DNA of 64,000 bases, taken from Paraspadella gotoi (lineage: Eukaryota; Animalia; Chaetognatha). Below are positions 1 to 12,915 of this stretch, piece by piece (positions within the stretch are counted from its first letter, which is position 1; each line of letters opens with the position of its first letter). The position numbers were made by a program, and so were the translations under genes. The notes under the pieces were generated by a model. It was not told the DNA's origin. It searched no databases and worked only from the letters and a program-made list of their open reading frames with translations. The stretch is taken from positions 349,132 through 413,131 of the forward strand of contig CM119266.1 of NCBI GenBank assembly GCA_051294375.1, read 5' to 3'.

Positions 1-178
1 GCGATCATTTGAAGCGATGGCACTCGGTTAGTTACCATAGTTTGTTACTCTGATCCATTGTTGTTATTGTTCCCCTCGCACAATGGATCATCATGAATCG
101 GGAACCGTTTTTTTTTCTGGGATAGAAAATGGCTGGAAGGAAGGAACCCGCGCGACTAAACAGGCTCGAAGTAGAAAC

Positions 179-180
<2 letters not shown>

Positions 181-212
<32 letters not shown>
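181..212. repeat. (CT)n microsatellite; representative of many (GA/CT)n tracts, e.g. 8951-9001, 22981-23039, 30789-30910, 33257-33306, 36129-36172, 44300-44382, 45145-45205, 53648-53716, 55650-55820
   Basis: Directly visible dinucleotide runs. They explain the many poly-ER/poly-SL ORFs in the ORF track. Confidence 0.95.
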
Positions 213-2026
213 TAAATTTCTCCTTCCTTTTTTTGAATTTATGAAAATAAAAAAAGTCACCCAACGGCAGAGTCGATGAGAAAGGTTTAGTTTTTCAAAA
301 TGGGATTAGAACAGATTATGGTAATATAAGTAAACATATCCGTTTCTAAGATCGGCAAACATCTTAAATAGTAAGTGTATGTGGCGACAACCAATTAGAA
401 TCTAACAGTGGACCGCGGCACCCTCAAATAAAGATAGAGCCGAAAAAAGGTTAATGACTTAATCTGAGTATTTTTTTTCAAATTTCGGTTGACTTATCTG
501 AGTCAGTCAGTTGCCAACTTATTTTCACGCTGCAAAGCTACCATGGTCCGTCTCTTCGAAGGTCAACCATTGACCGAAAAAATGGAACTTGATTTTTGGC
601 GCGATTTTTCTTGTCTGCTTTGAATAAGCTCGAGTGTGACTGATCAAAGATGAAGATAAGGTAAAGAACGAAAGTATGGCTTATTATATCAAAACATTAA
701 GTTCCTTGACATAAATTGATAAAACCCAACGCAACGGTAACGCTTCCAGTTAAGTTTCAACTCGATATAGAAGATTTAGAGAAATGAAAGAAATAGAAAT
801 TTAACTCGGTACTCGACAGACCAGAATTGTTTTTTTCTCAGTCAGAGAACTCATTAGGCTTTTCAGTTTTTCGTACTCCATCATCAGAGCCACAACAAGA
901 AGCTTTTAGAAAAAGAATACTGCCTCATTACTGTTCCGCGCGAGAGAATTCTATGCAGTCAATCAGTCAATGAGAGTCAACCTCGGAAAATGGAACCGTG
1001 ACTTCGTCCGATACCCGTCGCGAAAAACAGCGGACCGTAACGAGATGGAAATAATGACCTTCCGTTAGTTGATCGGAGACGGAGTTCCCCCCTCGCCCTT
1101 TCCCCCCAGACCTTTACAACCAACTGAATTCACGTGCTCCCCCGTCTCAGTGGTAAATCTCTGATGGATTCCACGAGGCACGGAGTCAGTTGCAGGTAAT
1201 AAAATTGTTAATGACGATTCAATTCAAAAGGAGCGTATGAATTTACACGTTACTTAGATGTATAATAAGTCGTCTATAAAAAAGTTTGATATTTCTATTT
1301 TTAATTTCATGATATTTAAGTCATGAACTTACTATATATATTGGATTTATAATGGTTTGAAGGAAGATATTTTGAACTCGCAATCACCCAACTATTAAAT
1401 ATTGTCTTACCAAAAACTTTTATTAGGCAATTATTGAATTAATGATTAAATCATATTAAACAATTCTTAACACAGGAAGTCTAATTCATGATATTTAATA
1501 AAATTACCAACATCTTGGCGGTAAATAAAGTTAAAAACATTTAGAATGATATGGAAAGATAAAAGAAAAATAAAAGTTGTTTAACTCTTTTTAATATTTT
1601 ATCAGTATCAGGGTTTAGATACAGTAACAAACAAAACATCAATCCATAAAAGCAAATTTTAAGTATTAATTAAATATTTACTAAATTCAACAACTATCCC
1701 GTGTCCAAACGCGAATGTCACCAAAGAAATCTTAATCATACATGCATATTTAAATCCTTTAACATTAGTAATGTTATTTCGTTTCTAATATATTACCTAA
1801 CCTAAATTGATTGGTTCTCTTTTCCGAGACTTTTGGCGAGAGTGACTCAATTATGATCGTTTTCTTTCAAAATTTAATTTTAACTTTAATATTTAATCTA
1901 AAAATATTTTTAAACTAACCCTTATCCGTAACATAATCCTAAACCCGAACCATTAACTAAGTCACTTACCTTTATCACTAAGCCTAACTTTTAACCTAAT
2001 CTTTAATTTAAAAAATTAACTATTCG

Positions 2027-2127
2027 ATATAACCTTTCGTTTTGATGTGTTTATGAGATTAGCAAAGAGAAATTTGTTTTTCTTACTACAACAATTTTAT
2101 TTGATAAAAACAGACATGTTTCGACTG
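2027..2127 (-). mobile_element. 5'-truncated copy of the hammerhead (Penelope pLTR-like) repeat
   Basis: Minus strand reads AGTCGAAACATGTCTGTTTTT...TTTGCTAATCTCATAAACAC...AAACGAAAGG, matching the 3' half and tail of the copy at 13096-13218. The CTGANGA half is absent. Confidence 0.7.
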
Positions 2128-2658
2128 TAATGTTGTAGTAAGAAAAAAAATTTCTCTTTGCTAAAAAAATTAACTTAATTCTAAATTTAGGATAAAATGG
2201 GCGTTCTGGGAAAATAAGGCCAATGTGATATAAAAAAAATTCGACAAAATCAAAAATCAAAAATTTGCCTTCGATTTTGCTAATGAAAAAAAATATTTGA
2301 AAAAAAAATTCCATTTGAGAATAAAATTAGTTTTAAATGAAATAAAAAAGAAATGGTAAGAATTCTTTTCGCGTTGATTGGACAATGGAGGCGGGATAAT
2401 TTAGTATACTGCAAAATGTCGAATCCATTTGTTCAAAGGAATTCAAAGTTTTAATACTGAATTTTATGCGGACAAATATATAAATATCACGGCCAAGCAA
2501 TGAAACACTGATTGTTCTTGCAATTTTAGACAGAAGAAATAAAGCCTTCTTTGAAGATACGTAAAATTGTAAACAATTTGTTCCAAAAATTATATCGTTT
2601 AATATAATATTTCGTTATGTCGTTTAATATATATTTTTATATAAAAGCAATTCATTGT

Positions 2659-2749
2659 TATGAAATTGGTACAACCAATATAAAAATTATCCATTCATTT
2701 AATAAATAAGCTATCCTGTCCCTGACTTTGGACAGGCTTTGGTGGTTTA
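2659..2749 (-). mobile_element. Twister-element copy starting at the predicted cleavage site
   Basis: Minus strand TAAACCACCAAAGCCTGTCCAAAGTCAGGGACAGGATAGC...CCAATTTCATA, nearly identical to 26141-26230. Confidence 0.8.
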
Positions 2750-3029
2750 TATAATCAAAAATTAAAAATTAAAATTAAAAACACGTTACCTGTGAACGTT
2801 CGGAGTTGTTACGTCTTTAATTCTTCATGTAGCTCCATTGTGTATGTTGATTCGAGCAGCCATGGGTGCCCTTTCTTGGAGGGCCCGTTTCATGGGGTGA
2901 ACTTTTTTGAACTGAGAGACGTTGGCGTCTAGTTGTGCCCCATCGTGCCCCGGTTCGTTTGAATCACAAAACCAAAATTGAATCTGCGCGGACCAACCAG
3001 AACGTTAATATTCAACCAACGCGGATTCC

Positions 3030-3130
3030 TTATTGGCTGAATTGAATGAAAAAGTAACCAATGTGACGTCGTTATAGTGGTCGCGAAACGTGACTCGTCC
3101 AATTGCTTTTCGAGATATTTGTCACGTGGA
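3030..3130 (+). promoter_or_regulatory. Putative promoter of MEP-1-like gene A (CCAAT boxes, CRE-like TGACGTC, E-box GTCACGTG)
   Basis: Clustered ATTGG/CCAAT (3032, 3058, 3099), TGACGTC and GTCACGTGG in a CpG-richer patch about 600 bp upstream of the ATG. Inference only. Confidence 0.4.
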
Positions 3131-3422
3131 CGGGAGGGTCGGGGCTTGATGAACGTTCTTCTTTTTCACGACTACAGCCGGGTCGGGAAACATCCGTTTC
3201 CGTATAAAGTAGTTTAAGACTTATCGCGGAAAACACCAGCAAATTACAAAACAAAACAACTGTGAATGAAAAAATCCTCCAAACTAATTTTATAAAGGCT
3301 AAGTTACTCTTTATGCCATAAGTTTAGGAACTTTTCATCATTCATTGTTTTTATATTTTATTAGCTTAAGCTTTCTTGCCACGTGCTCATGCTATGTTTG
3401 GAATTGTAGCAATGTCAAAATT

Positions 3423-3538
3423 TCAGAAATTAGTAAAATCAATATAAAAATTCTCAATTCATTTAATAAAAAAGCTATCTTGCCCCTGACTTTGGACAAG
3501 CTATTGTGGGTTTAGGGCTCCATCATTCCTACAAGATT
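3423..3538 (-). ncRNA. Twister-like ribozyme (P5 permutation), diverged copy with element tail
   Basis: Minus strand ATCTTGT-AG-GAAT-GATGG-AGCCC-TAA-ACCC-AC-AATA-G-CTTG-TCCAAAGT-CAGG-G-GCAAGAT. P5, P4, T1 (TGG/CCA) and T2 (AC/GT) are retained; P2 is mismatched. Confidence 0.55.
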
Positions 3539-3695
3539 GTCATTTTCTCACAAAGATGTAAAAGAATAATGAACAGGATTTTTCTTATAATACTAATATA
3601 TTTTATAGTTTACCCATTTGATTGTTCTAGGTCTATGAATTACGAATTGCAGTTGACTAAAGTTGATTTATTTTAAGTTCTATACAGTACTTGTC

Positions 3696-6600
3696 ATGCC
3701 TGTCACACGGCAAAATCACCTCCCCAAGAGGAGTTCTCGTCGTCTTAGTGGAAATGCCGAAAAATCCTTCAAGAGCAGCAAACCCGCGAAACCCTCTCTT
3801 TCAAAAAACAAAACGAAACAAAAGTCTAGTCCCAAAACATCAAAGAGGGAAGATAAAGAAGCGGCCGTTGAATCTGATTGCCAAGAAGGGTTAGAAGATG
3901 ACGTCGACGGCAAAGACGACGACGATTCTCGGTCGCCATCGTCCATCGACCACGCAAACTCTTTGGTGACCAAGAGTAACGCCTGCGATCTCGAAGAAAA
4001 ACGTTTGAAAAAGGCGGTCGGTTCGCCCAATCAATTCACTGAATCCGTTGAACTTACGTCCCATTTTGTTAATGAAAGTTCAACAGAAACTAAGAAATCG
4101 GATTGCTCGACGACGCCGCCGCCACCGCCGTCGCCGCAGCCTTCAGTGCCTCAGCCGAATTCCCTTTCTTCTCCCTCCTCTTCCTCGAGCGCGCTAAAGA
4201 GAAAAATGTTTCCTTACGTCCTTGGCGAACCTTTCGTAAAGTGTCGAAGAATCGACTCCAAAAACTTTACAGGAAACTATAATGTTCGAGAGGTTAATGG
4301 CGTCGAATCACCTACGTTTTCAGCCGAGTCGCCCAAGGTCCCCGCGCCGTCTTCGCCTTGTAACGTCTCAGTCAATCCAAGCGTTAAATTAGCGACAGCG
4401 TCCCTGAGTCTCGTTGTTAATGACCCTGAAACTTGCGAAAGGCGTGGCGGCCACGAATCGTCCGTCGAAACTAGCGCGGAAACTCCGCGCTCGATTTCGA
4501 AACTGACGAAAGTTGGTGATTCGAAGCCCGTGCCGATCGATTCTCTCATACGGGAGGCAGATCTTCTGCGGAACGGCGCCGACGACGAAAACCTCGACGA
4601 GGAGTTCGAGATTCATCTCGTGGAGAATGATGATGGCGATGATGGCGACGACGCTAGCAAGGACGAGAGAGTACTCATTCCCATCATCGAAAGTAAATGC
4701 GCAACGGATTCAGAAAATTTCATAGAAAAGAAAAACGCCCGAGCCGACGATTTCCAAGACGACGACTTAGAAGATGACGTGGATGACGACGATGATCCGG
4801 ACAAAGCAGATGGCGCCAGTGGTACCAAAGTCGTACGGACAATAGCGATGACGCTAGATCCCGTCACTGGAGAGATGGTGGAGGTGGAAACGGATGAAGC
4901 GGAAGAGGATGAGGTGGAGGTTGAGGAGAGTGAAGACGAGGAAGATATTGAAAATGACGACGAGGACGACGAAGAAGATATCGACGACGACGAGGATGAT
5001 GAAGACGACGAAAGCGTAGTCGACGAGAGAAATAGGAATGAAAAACAAGAGGATGAGAAAACAGACGAAGACGAGGACGACGACGTGGTTTTCTGCGGAG
5101 TGACACCCCTGACCACTCGGGAACCCGCTCGCATTCCCTGGGTCAGGTTTGATCGGAGGGGCGAGAGGCGCGAATACTCTCGCAGAGGTCTGCAACGTGC
5201 GCCCCAAGTAGCTCGTCAGGTGGAGATCGTCGACCGGGGAACGATGGACTCTCACAAATCGCTCATCAGGTGAAAAATAAGGTTAAGTTTTGTGACTTTT
5301 TTTCCAGTTTATAGTTCTTTTTATCTCTGACTTTCTTAGCACTTTGTACAAGTCCGGACTCAGTCGCCCCTTGTTAAGCAAGTCAATTCCGACGAAAAAC
5401 TTTCCCGCCTACGAACCGAAAAAACCCGTTCCCTTTCAAAGCGTCACCGCCTCCTTCCAAGAGGCCTTCAAGAACAATGTTGTCAAAAGTCCCATCGTTT
5501 CGTCGACCGGAAGTCAATTTTCTTCCATCGCTACAGGTTTGTGACTCGTCTGAGCAAGTGGCTTGCCCTATAACTTTATTAAGAAATGAATCCTGCTTTC
5601 TTTAATCAGCGACTTCCAACACGACCTGCCCCGTCTGCACCATTAATTTTGTGTCGAAAAATATTTTGGACAAGCACCTTGAAGTCGTTCATCCGGGGAT
5701 GTCCGTGAAGTCGAACCACGAAAGTGTTGACGAACTTCCCTTTAAGACGCTCGACCCGAGTGGGCTCCGTCCCGCGGAGAAGCTTCTCATAGACATCGGA
5801 GAAAATCTCGCCAACGAATTTGTGTTGAAAGACGTACGATAATTATGCTTTACGACACAGATAATTATGTATTGTATGATATGTATTGTTTAATGTTTAT
5901 TTTTATTGACCAGAGCGTCCAGAAGCAAACGGAACGGATGCAAGCAAAGCATAAGCAGAAGCACCTCGACAGGACCGACGTCGAAGGACTCAAGCGCCTC
6001 CACGCGGATCTTTCGGAAGTGACTGAAAAAAACCGACCGTTTGAGAAGATCTCCAAGATGCAGTTCTGCCGCTACCCTTCGGCGGCGGCCGCAGCTGAGG
6101 GCGCCCCGCAATGCGGCTTCAGGACCGAATCGGCGCTCTCGTTAGACTTTCACCGTCTCTTTCCGCACAAGGATCGATTCGGAAGGGTCAGTTGGGGTTT
6201 TTATTCCTTCAACTTTCACAAAACAATAATTAAACGTTTTCTCCTTTCTGATTTCGCCAGATGGAATGCAATTTCTGCCGTTTCACCACGAGACAAGACA
6301 ACAAGTACATGTTGCACATGAAAGAGGCGCACAAGATGAAAGGTTATTTGGTTCCGAAGCCGTATCCCTATTCCTGTGGCCTTTGCACTTTCGAGTGCAA
6401 AAAAAATTATCAGGTAACAACGAATGGTTGTGACTTTTTCAGCAAATCCAACTCATACGATATATTATTGTTGATAGTTAAATAGACACCAAGAGCGTTG
6501 CTTCAACGTTTGGGAACGAGAACAGAGATCAAGAAGAAACCTGGGACCCTCTCTCGAAGATTCTTTCTATTATGACCCCTACAGTCCGAATCCGAAACTT

Positions 6601-8944
6601 CTGGCCCAATTTCATCGTTTACTGGGTAAGTTCCAGAAAAAATTAAATTGAACTTTGTTGTCACCTAAAATAACCTAGTACCACTTCATCATGACGTTGG
6701 TAGCGGTAGCCGACCAAATTCAAATTATAATGGGAACAGCATTAAACTAATCCATTATTGGTATTAATTATTGTGTTAAAATATTTTTTTGCAAAAATGT
6801 TCCGAACCATGAGTAATTCGCTAATTAATATTATTATATTGCTATATAATGTTAAAAATTTTTTTTTTGATATTTTAAGTTTTTTTAATTGATTCTGATA
6901 GAGCTTAAAAAGTTAAGCAAAAAATATAATTATAACTTTTTAAAATTTTGATGTTTTATTACTAAAAATTAGTAAAAACTGCTAAAATCATCGGATGATG
7001 ATGATGATGATGATTTTTTAAGGTTTTTTTCAATTTTAACCCACTTATCATCAAAATATTGAAAAAAGAATTATACTTTGTGTAGATAACTTTTCATAAG
7101 CTATTTGAATCCGCTTTTAAAAATAAAAAATTCAAAAAAAATTTTTTGACATTTCCTATCTATAAATAAATATTAAAAAATTAATTACTAATGCTTCTAG
7201 CCATTTTAGAAAATTTTGCTCCATTGAAAGTTTTCTCAGAAATGTATGAAGATTCATTTGGAAAGGTTCCCAAATCAAACTTCTGACCCACCCCATTGAC
7301 GAAGTTTGGCTCTAACGTTGGCGTCAACATTTATTTTCCTGTTAATATTTGAAAGGTTCTGGAAGAAACTCCTCTGTGGGCACCGTCTTCCATTCGAAAC
7401 CGGTCGCTTTCAATTCTTCCAAGTTCATTCCGGACCGAAGAGGGTCGTCTCCTTCCTCCAACTGTTCGTCCCCAGGTTCGAGAAGTCTGTGATATATTGT
7501 GACAACGTAAGTGATTCCCAGTGACTTTGATTCGCAGTCTGATTGACGATCGTTGTTAAACTGTTGAAGATGATAATGATAATGTTGTAGATCATATGAC
7601 ATTCTTTATAACCGCTTCCCCGAACACAGGATCGCCTTTAGCCAATCACGACGCGCCGTCAATCACCTCGATCGTGATGAACGTGACGTCGGAGGATACT
7701 GCTCGATCCTCGCCCCGCCCAACATCCGTCACGCCCGTTCTCAGCGTCAGCGTCACACTCGATCAAGGTGGGAGTGAAAATAATTTTATGTAATTGGTGG
7801 GTCTTGATGGACGGAAGGTTGTCGTTCGATTCCCGTGGCTTGAAGCACGGTAACAGTTTCAACTTTCAAAATGTAAGCAAATATAATATTAATTATGTTT
7901 ATGATATCCTTTCTATTTCTCCTCAGACGAGAACTCCGTGCAGACGCTGAAAGTCATCCCTTCGTCGTCGTCGCCGACTCCGATTGTCGTCGCCCCCGTG
8001 CGGATTCTCCCAAAGACGAACGTCGAGACGAAGTTCGCCGACGCCTTCCCTTCCGGTCAAGGTTATGAGGTCTGCGAAATTTGCGGCGGATTCGTCAAGG
8101 ATGTTGCGTCGCTTTGCATCCATTTCTTGAACGCCCATCGCATCGATATAGGTGGGGGGATTTTATGAACGTGGAAAGGCTGCTCGGTAATTAATGAAGA
8201 TGATCATAAAACTCTTTCCAGGACAACCGCCCATTATGAAACCCAAAACTCTTCTCTGTAAAGTCTGCAAGCGCGGATTCTGGACCATCTACGGTCGGAT
8301 CCGTCACACGCGAGTGGCTCACGCCACCGGCAAAGCCGTGGACGGCGCCGGATCGAGCATGGAGGTTGATCTGACTGAGGAGAAGGAGAACGAGAGACGC
8401 GCCGACTCTGGGCGGAGGACGAAGAATAAAGGCAAGCGTTTTTGAAAAGAGGAATGTTTTCTAAATTGAATCAATCAATCAATCAATATTTTTATCCCAT
8501 ATCTTACTACTAGGTCTGTCTCCTTACCAATGTTCTTTATGCGCCCTCGCCTTCGATTCCTTCGACGGGTGGACGGCTCACATTAAAGCTAAGCACTCGA
8601 TTCCCGCCAGAAACAAGGCCCTTAACTCGTCGGTCAATGAAGGTGTGTGTTAGATCTAAATGTAAATGAATTTTGTATATAGGATATATATTGTATACAG
8701 GAAACAATGTGCGTATTCGTGTATTTTTTTTCTTTTGATAAATATTAATACTAATATGTTAAACCTATCGCGACTCTCAGACGTGGATTCTCAGCCTTGG
8801 GAAGAAGTGATCGAGGAAGATGACGACGGCATCATCATCACGAAGATCACGCGACCTCGAGATGTTCCTCCCGGGCCAGCGAGAAAAGTCGGGAAAGCTC
8901 CGGCATTTCCTAGCGCTGAAGGTTAGACTTGTGACGGGCGCTGT

Positions 8945-9004
<60 letters not shown>

Positions 9005-9980
9005 CTACATCGACGACATTGACTATGATCACAACAGGGATCCGACGAATGCAAGCGTTTTATTACAACCGACCCACGCCTTCCCCGGAACCTCAAAGCG
9101 TCTACGACGGCAGTAACAACTGCGTCTTCTGTTCCCAAAAAAACTCGTAAGAAATTCGAGAAAATAAATTCTAAATCTAACGGCGACAACACGTCGTTAT
9201 TATCTCTCACTTCAATCCCCTCTCCACCGTTTCAGAAGCTTCGCCTCCCTCCGCGCCCACCTCAGTTCCGCCCACGACATCGAGCTCGACGTCGTCAAAC
9301 TTTGCGAGATCTGCGGCGACAAGTTCGGTTTCGCCGGCGCCGACTGCGTCCTCGTCCACGAGATGTACCTCGACCACATGGAAGAGGATCATTGCAAGGA
9401 ATTCTCCGTCCCCTGTCTGCGGAAGGAGGAGGATCTCTTGCGGGCGGCGAAGGGGTTGAAATCGAAAGTTCGAGGGGAGGAAGACGACGACGATATATCG
9501 TCTTGTCGGAATCGAGGAAGGAGTGAGAGGCTGGAAGAGATGGGGGAAGAGATTGGAGAGAAAAAAGAGAGGGAAGAGGAAGAGGAGGTGACGGTCGAGA
9601 GGAAAGGAGAAAATGAGGAAAAAGTTGCGAAAGGAGCAAAAAGTCTGCAGGATGAGGAGCCGATTCGAGAATCGACTTCCGAGATCGAGGAGAACGAGGA
9701 GAACCAGGAGAACTCAGCCCAATCCACGAAAACTAATCTCGTCAAGTCGGAGAATCATATTAAAATTTCGTCTTCGTTGAAGGCGAGCGAAGATGATAAG
9801 AACCCCGCGTCAAGAAAGGCTTCGCGAAGAAACTCTGGAGTCGGGACGACGACGGGCTCGTCCACTAGAGTCGACGTCGCTGAGAAAAGGGGCGTTCGAA
9901 GCGGGGAAGAGAACGGGGAATGCGGGGATTCGAATCGGAGATCGTCTCGTCGTCTCGGCGGGGCTCAGAGGGCCCGATAA
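3696..9980 (+). CDS. mep-1: MEP-1-like multi-C2H2 zinc-finger chromatin protein (paralog A), multi-exon
   Basis: Long acidic, low-complexity N-terminal exon (3696-5269), then GT-AG exons encoding LRPAEKLLIDIGENLANEFV, CGFRTESALSLDFHRLFPH, CNFCRFTTRQDNKYMLHMKEAH, CGLCTFE, YEVCEICGGFVKDVASLCIHFLNAH, CKVCKRGFWTIYGRIRHTRVAH, CSLCALAF, CVFC..HLSSAH, CEICGDKF..HMEEDH. Motif order matches the protostome MEP-1 family as I recall it. Stop TAA at 9978-9980. Confidence 0.8.
6790..7215. mobile_element. Degenerate palindromic MITE in a MEP-1A intron, related to 17390-18003
   Basis: AT-rich fold-back sharing AATTTTAACCCACTTA, AAAAAGTT...TATAACTTTTT and TTTGAATCCGC blocks with the 17.4-kb and 52-kb elements. 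Ends not resolved. Confidence 0.45.
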
Positions 9981-12915
9981 TACGAAAATTTTGCCCAGAA
10001 AAAGGGAATTTGCAATCAAATACTGAATCTATTCATTGATTGTTTCGTATTTTTTAGTAATAGTCTTTTCTTCAATTGTCTTCATGCGTTCTTTATTAAA
10101 AAAAAACTATATCGTTTTTTACCGAAAAAAAGAGTAAAAACAAAAAATGCTTTGTTGCTACTTATTCTTGTGGTTGTCGCTGGTTGTCACTCGAGCTTGA
10201 TAGAAGAATCACCAAAATTTTAACTAGGTAAAATCTAAAATGATAGACATAAAACCAGCAGAGTAGTTCAAATGGTTAGTAAAGAAATTTAATCAAAACT
10301 GCGATATGTGTACCGCTGTTTTGAAACGAACAAACACGGCTCCGAGAAAATTTCCTATATCTAGGAAGCCGTTATAGAAAAAGAAGCCAGTGACTTTTTT
10401 CTTATATTTTTATATCGATAGATGTGAATGACGGAATATTGTAAATCTCAAGTTTCGCTTTAATCGGACCTCACATTGTGGAGAAATCTTAGGAAACCCA
10501 TCAAAATTCCACCCCTTTTTTTCAACATTCTCGCCTTTTAAGATTTTCGCCGATTCTGACTTCCTCTTACAAACTTATAATTCCGCTAGTTAATTTTTTT
10601 TTCTTAAACGAGCGAAGGGAATCCACAACTTTTTGTTATTTTATGATTTCTGGGTAAAAAATTAATAATTACATTAACATTGGGATATTATGAAAGTATA
10701 ATGTCTTGTGAAGCCTGTGAGAGTTAAATAATTAAAAAATTCGCCTATTTTATTATTGAAAAATGACAGTAAAGTGAAGTAGTTGAATGTCTTCCGGCTC
10801 ATTTCAGTAAACATCCCTGTTCTCTAGCATAAAATAATGTTTACTTTTTGCTGGTGGAAAAGAAAGATAAATACTTAGGCTGTGATGGGGTGAATAATAT
10901 TTTGTAGAATTTTGTAAGCATGCTTGTAAAATCAGACAAGCCAATATTTAAGTGACAAAAAATTAACATTTTCTTTATCCAAAAAAATTTAAAGTTTTAC
11001 TAGAGTACAATTTAGCCTTTTTTCTTTCAGAATCATTAAAAAGAATTAAATTTTCATTTATTCTTATGGGGTGTCATTAGTTTTAAAATTCATTATAATT
11101 TTGACTTAGTTTGACACTCACCCTGTAAGGAGGTTTCAGCATAAGTAATTCTAAAATTGTATCTTGTATGTGCCCTATGATTATGGCTTCATTTTGGTAC
11201 TATTACCATCCCTTTATCTTTATTCCTTCAAAAGATATTAGGAAAAATCAGTTTTTTTTCAACCTTCCTTTTAATTTCTTTTTAAATAAAAATTTCGCGA
11301 TTCAAAACGGACTATTTCATTTAAACCTGATCATTTTATGTCAAAATCATTATAAAATGAAAAAAGAAAAATAGGACAAGCTCTTCAGAACACAAGCTAT
11401 CAGAATCGCGAAATTCGAAGTCGCTCATGTAACAGGGACATATAGCAATCCCGTTTGCAATTTTAAGTTTGTAAACTTTCCCTTTCATTTCTATAGTAAA
11501 AATGAGGTTTGAAAATTTTCTCCGGAGATGAGTAGTGCATTTCCCCTGGCTTGTTTGATATTAAATCCTTTATCAAATGCCATAAAACGAATAGGACAAG
11601 CTCTTCAGATGCAATGCTCTCGGAATCGTGCGTTTTTACAAGTGTTTTTTTAACCGATATTCTGGCAAACGCGTTTGCAATTTGGGTAGTCAGATTTGAA
11701 CGGAATTCTCTATTAGAAAAATGTTGAATTTTTTTTTAAGCGAGATTCTCGTCTACTATATCGGATATCCCTGTCGACGAAAACAAATCTAATAAATTAT
11801 AAAACCATTTTAAAAGAAATTAATACCCAATTTCGTCCCAGTAAAAAACTAAACGGTCAGATTAAAAAGGAACTCGTAGACTAACGTCGCTTCATCTATG
11901 TCATGGAGAAATTTCGGTCATCTTCGACGGGGTCGCGTATGCAGCCATCGTTCGGCGTCGATTTATCGTAAGCCTGCCGAGAATCTCGCCACATTTACGG
12001 GCCACATATTCCCTTATTCGGAATCGCTTGCGCTTGCGACGATTTTGGACGATGGCCCCAATAAATGTCGTCGGTGTTCCGAATTATAGATCGCCTTATT
12101 ATTTAAGTGTGGAACTATGAAGCTGAGAATTAAGATATGGCTGCACATCATCGATGTCCTTTAAAAACAATAACTTTATATTTCAAATGTTTGATCCAAT
12201 TTGGCTTCCTTTTCCATTATGACAAACTAATATTTATATTAGAATATAATATAAAAATATAATATAATATAAAAATTTTTACTTCTTTTTCTTAGTCGCT
12301 GCCTCTTCAGATTCGTCCAAAGACGAGTTGAGATCTGCAGCGGCTGGAGCTGAAAGTTACGCGTCTCTCTATCTCTTTTTTGCTGTGGTTTTGCACATAA
12401 GTGACGTCGTCGTCGTCGTTGTTGTCGTCGGCGTTCCAAATTATAGATCGCCTTTTTTATGATTAAATTTATATAAATTTATATACAGCTTCTCATCATC
12501 GATGACATCGATGTGCTTAAAATTGAGTCAGGACAGTTATTAAATATGTTTTGTTTACATTTTATCAAAACAAACAAATTTTCTCTTTTTTATTTTTATA
12601 CTTCTCTCTCTTTCTTTTCTCTATTAATTATATGTCTCTTTCTCTTTTCCCTCGTCACTGATTCATAGGGAAAAAAACGAGTCTGCAGCTGGCTCTGCAG
12701 GGGCTTATTCTTTTTCTCTTTTCTTCTACTGCTTCTGCTGCTGCCTTTTGAGTCTGCAGCTGGTTCTGCAGGGGCTCTCTCTTTTTCTCTCTTTTCTTTT
12801 GCTGCTTCTGTTGCTGCCTTTTGATTTTTTTTTTCTCTCTCTCTCTCTCTGCGTTTTTATTAAAAAAAAAATTTAAATAAGATTGAACTCGTAAAATTAA
12901 GCATCGCATTCGTGC

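Noticed and set aside
1-26. End of a possible plus-strand exon (…CTCG|GTTAGT)
   Set aside because: Too short to assign frame or product.
1790-2000. TAACCT/AACCCT telomere-like words
   Set aside because: Scattered and degenerate rather than a tandem array; more likely MITE interior.
2790-2945. Minus-strand exon-like block next to the mep-1A promoter
   Set aside because: All three frames hit stops; at most a non-coding divergent exon.
4613-5255. Ser-rich or hydrophobic antisense ORFs
   Set aside because: Shadow frames of the Asp/Glu-rich mep-1A exon.
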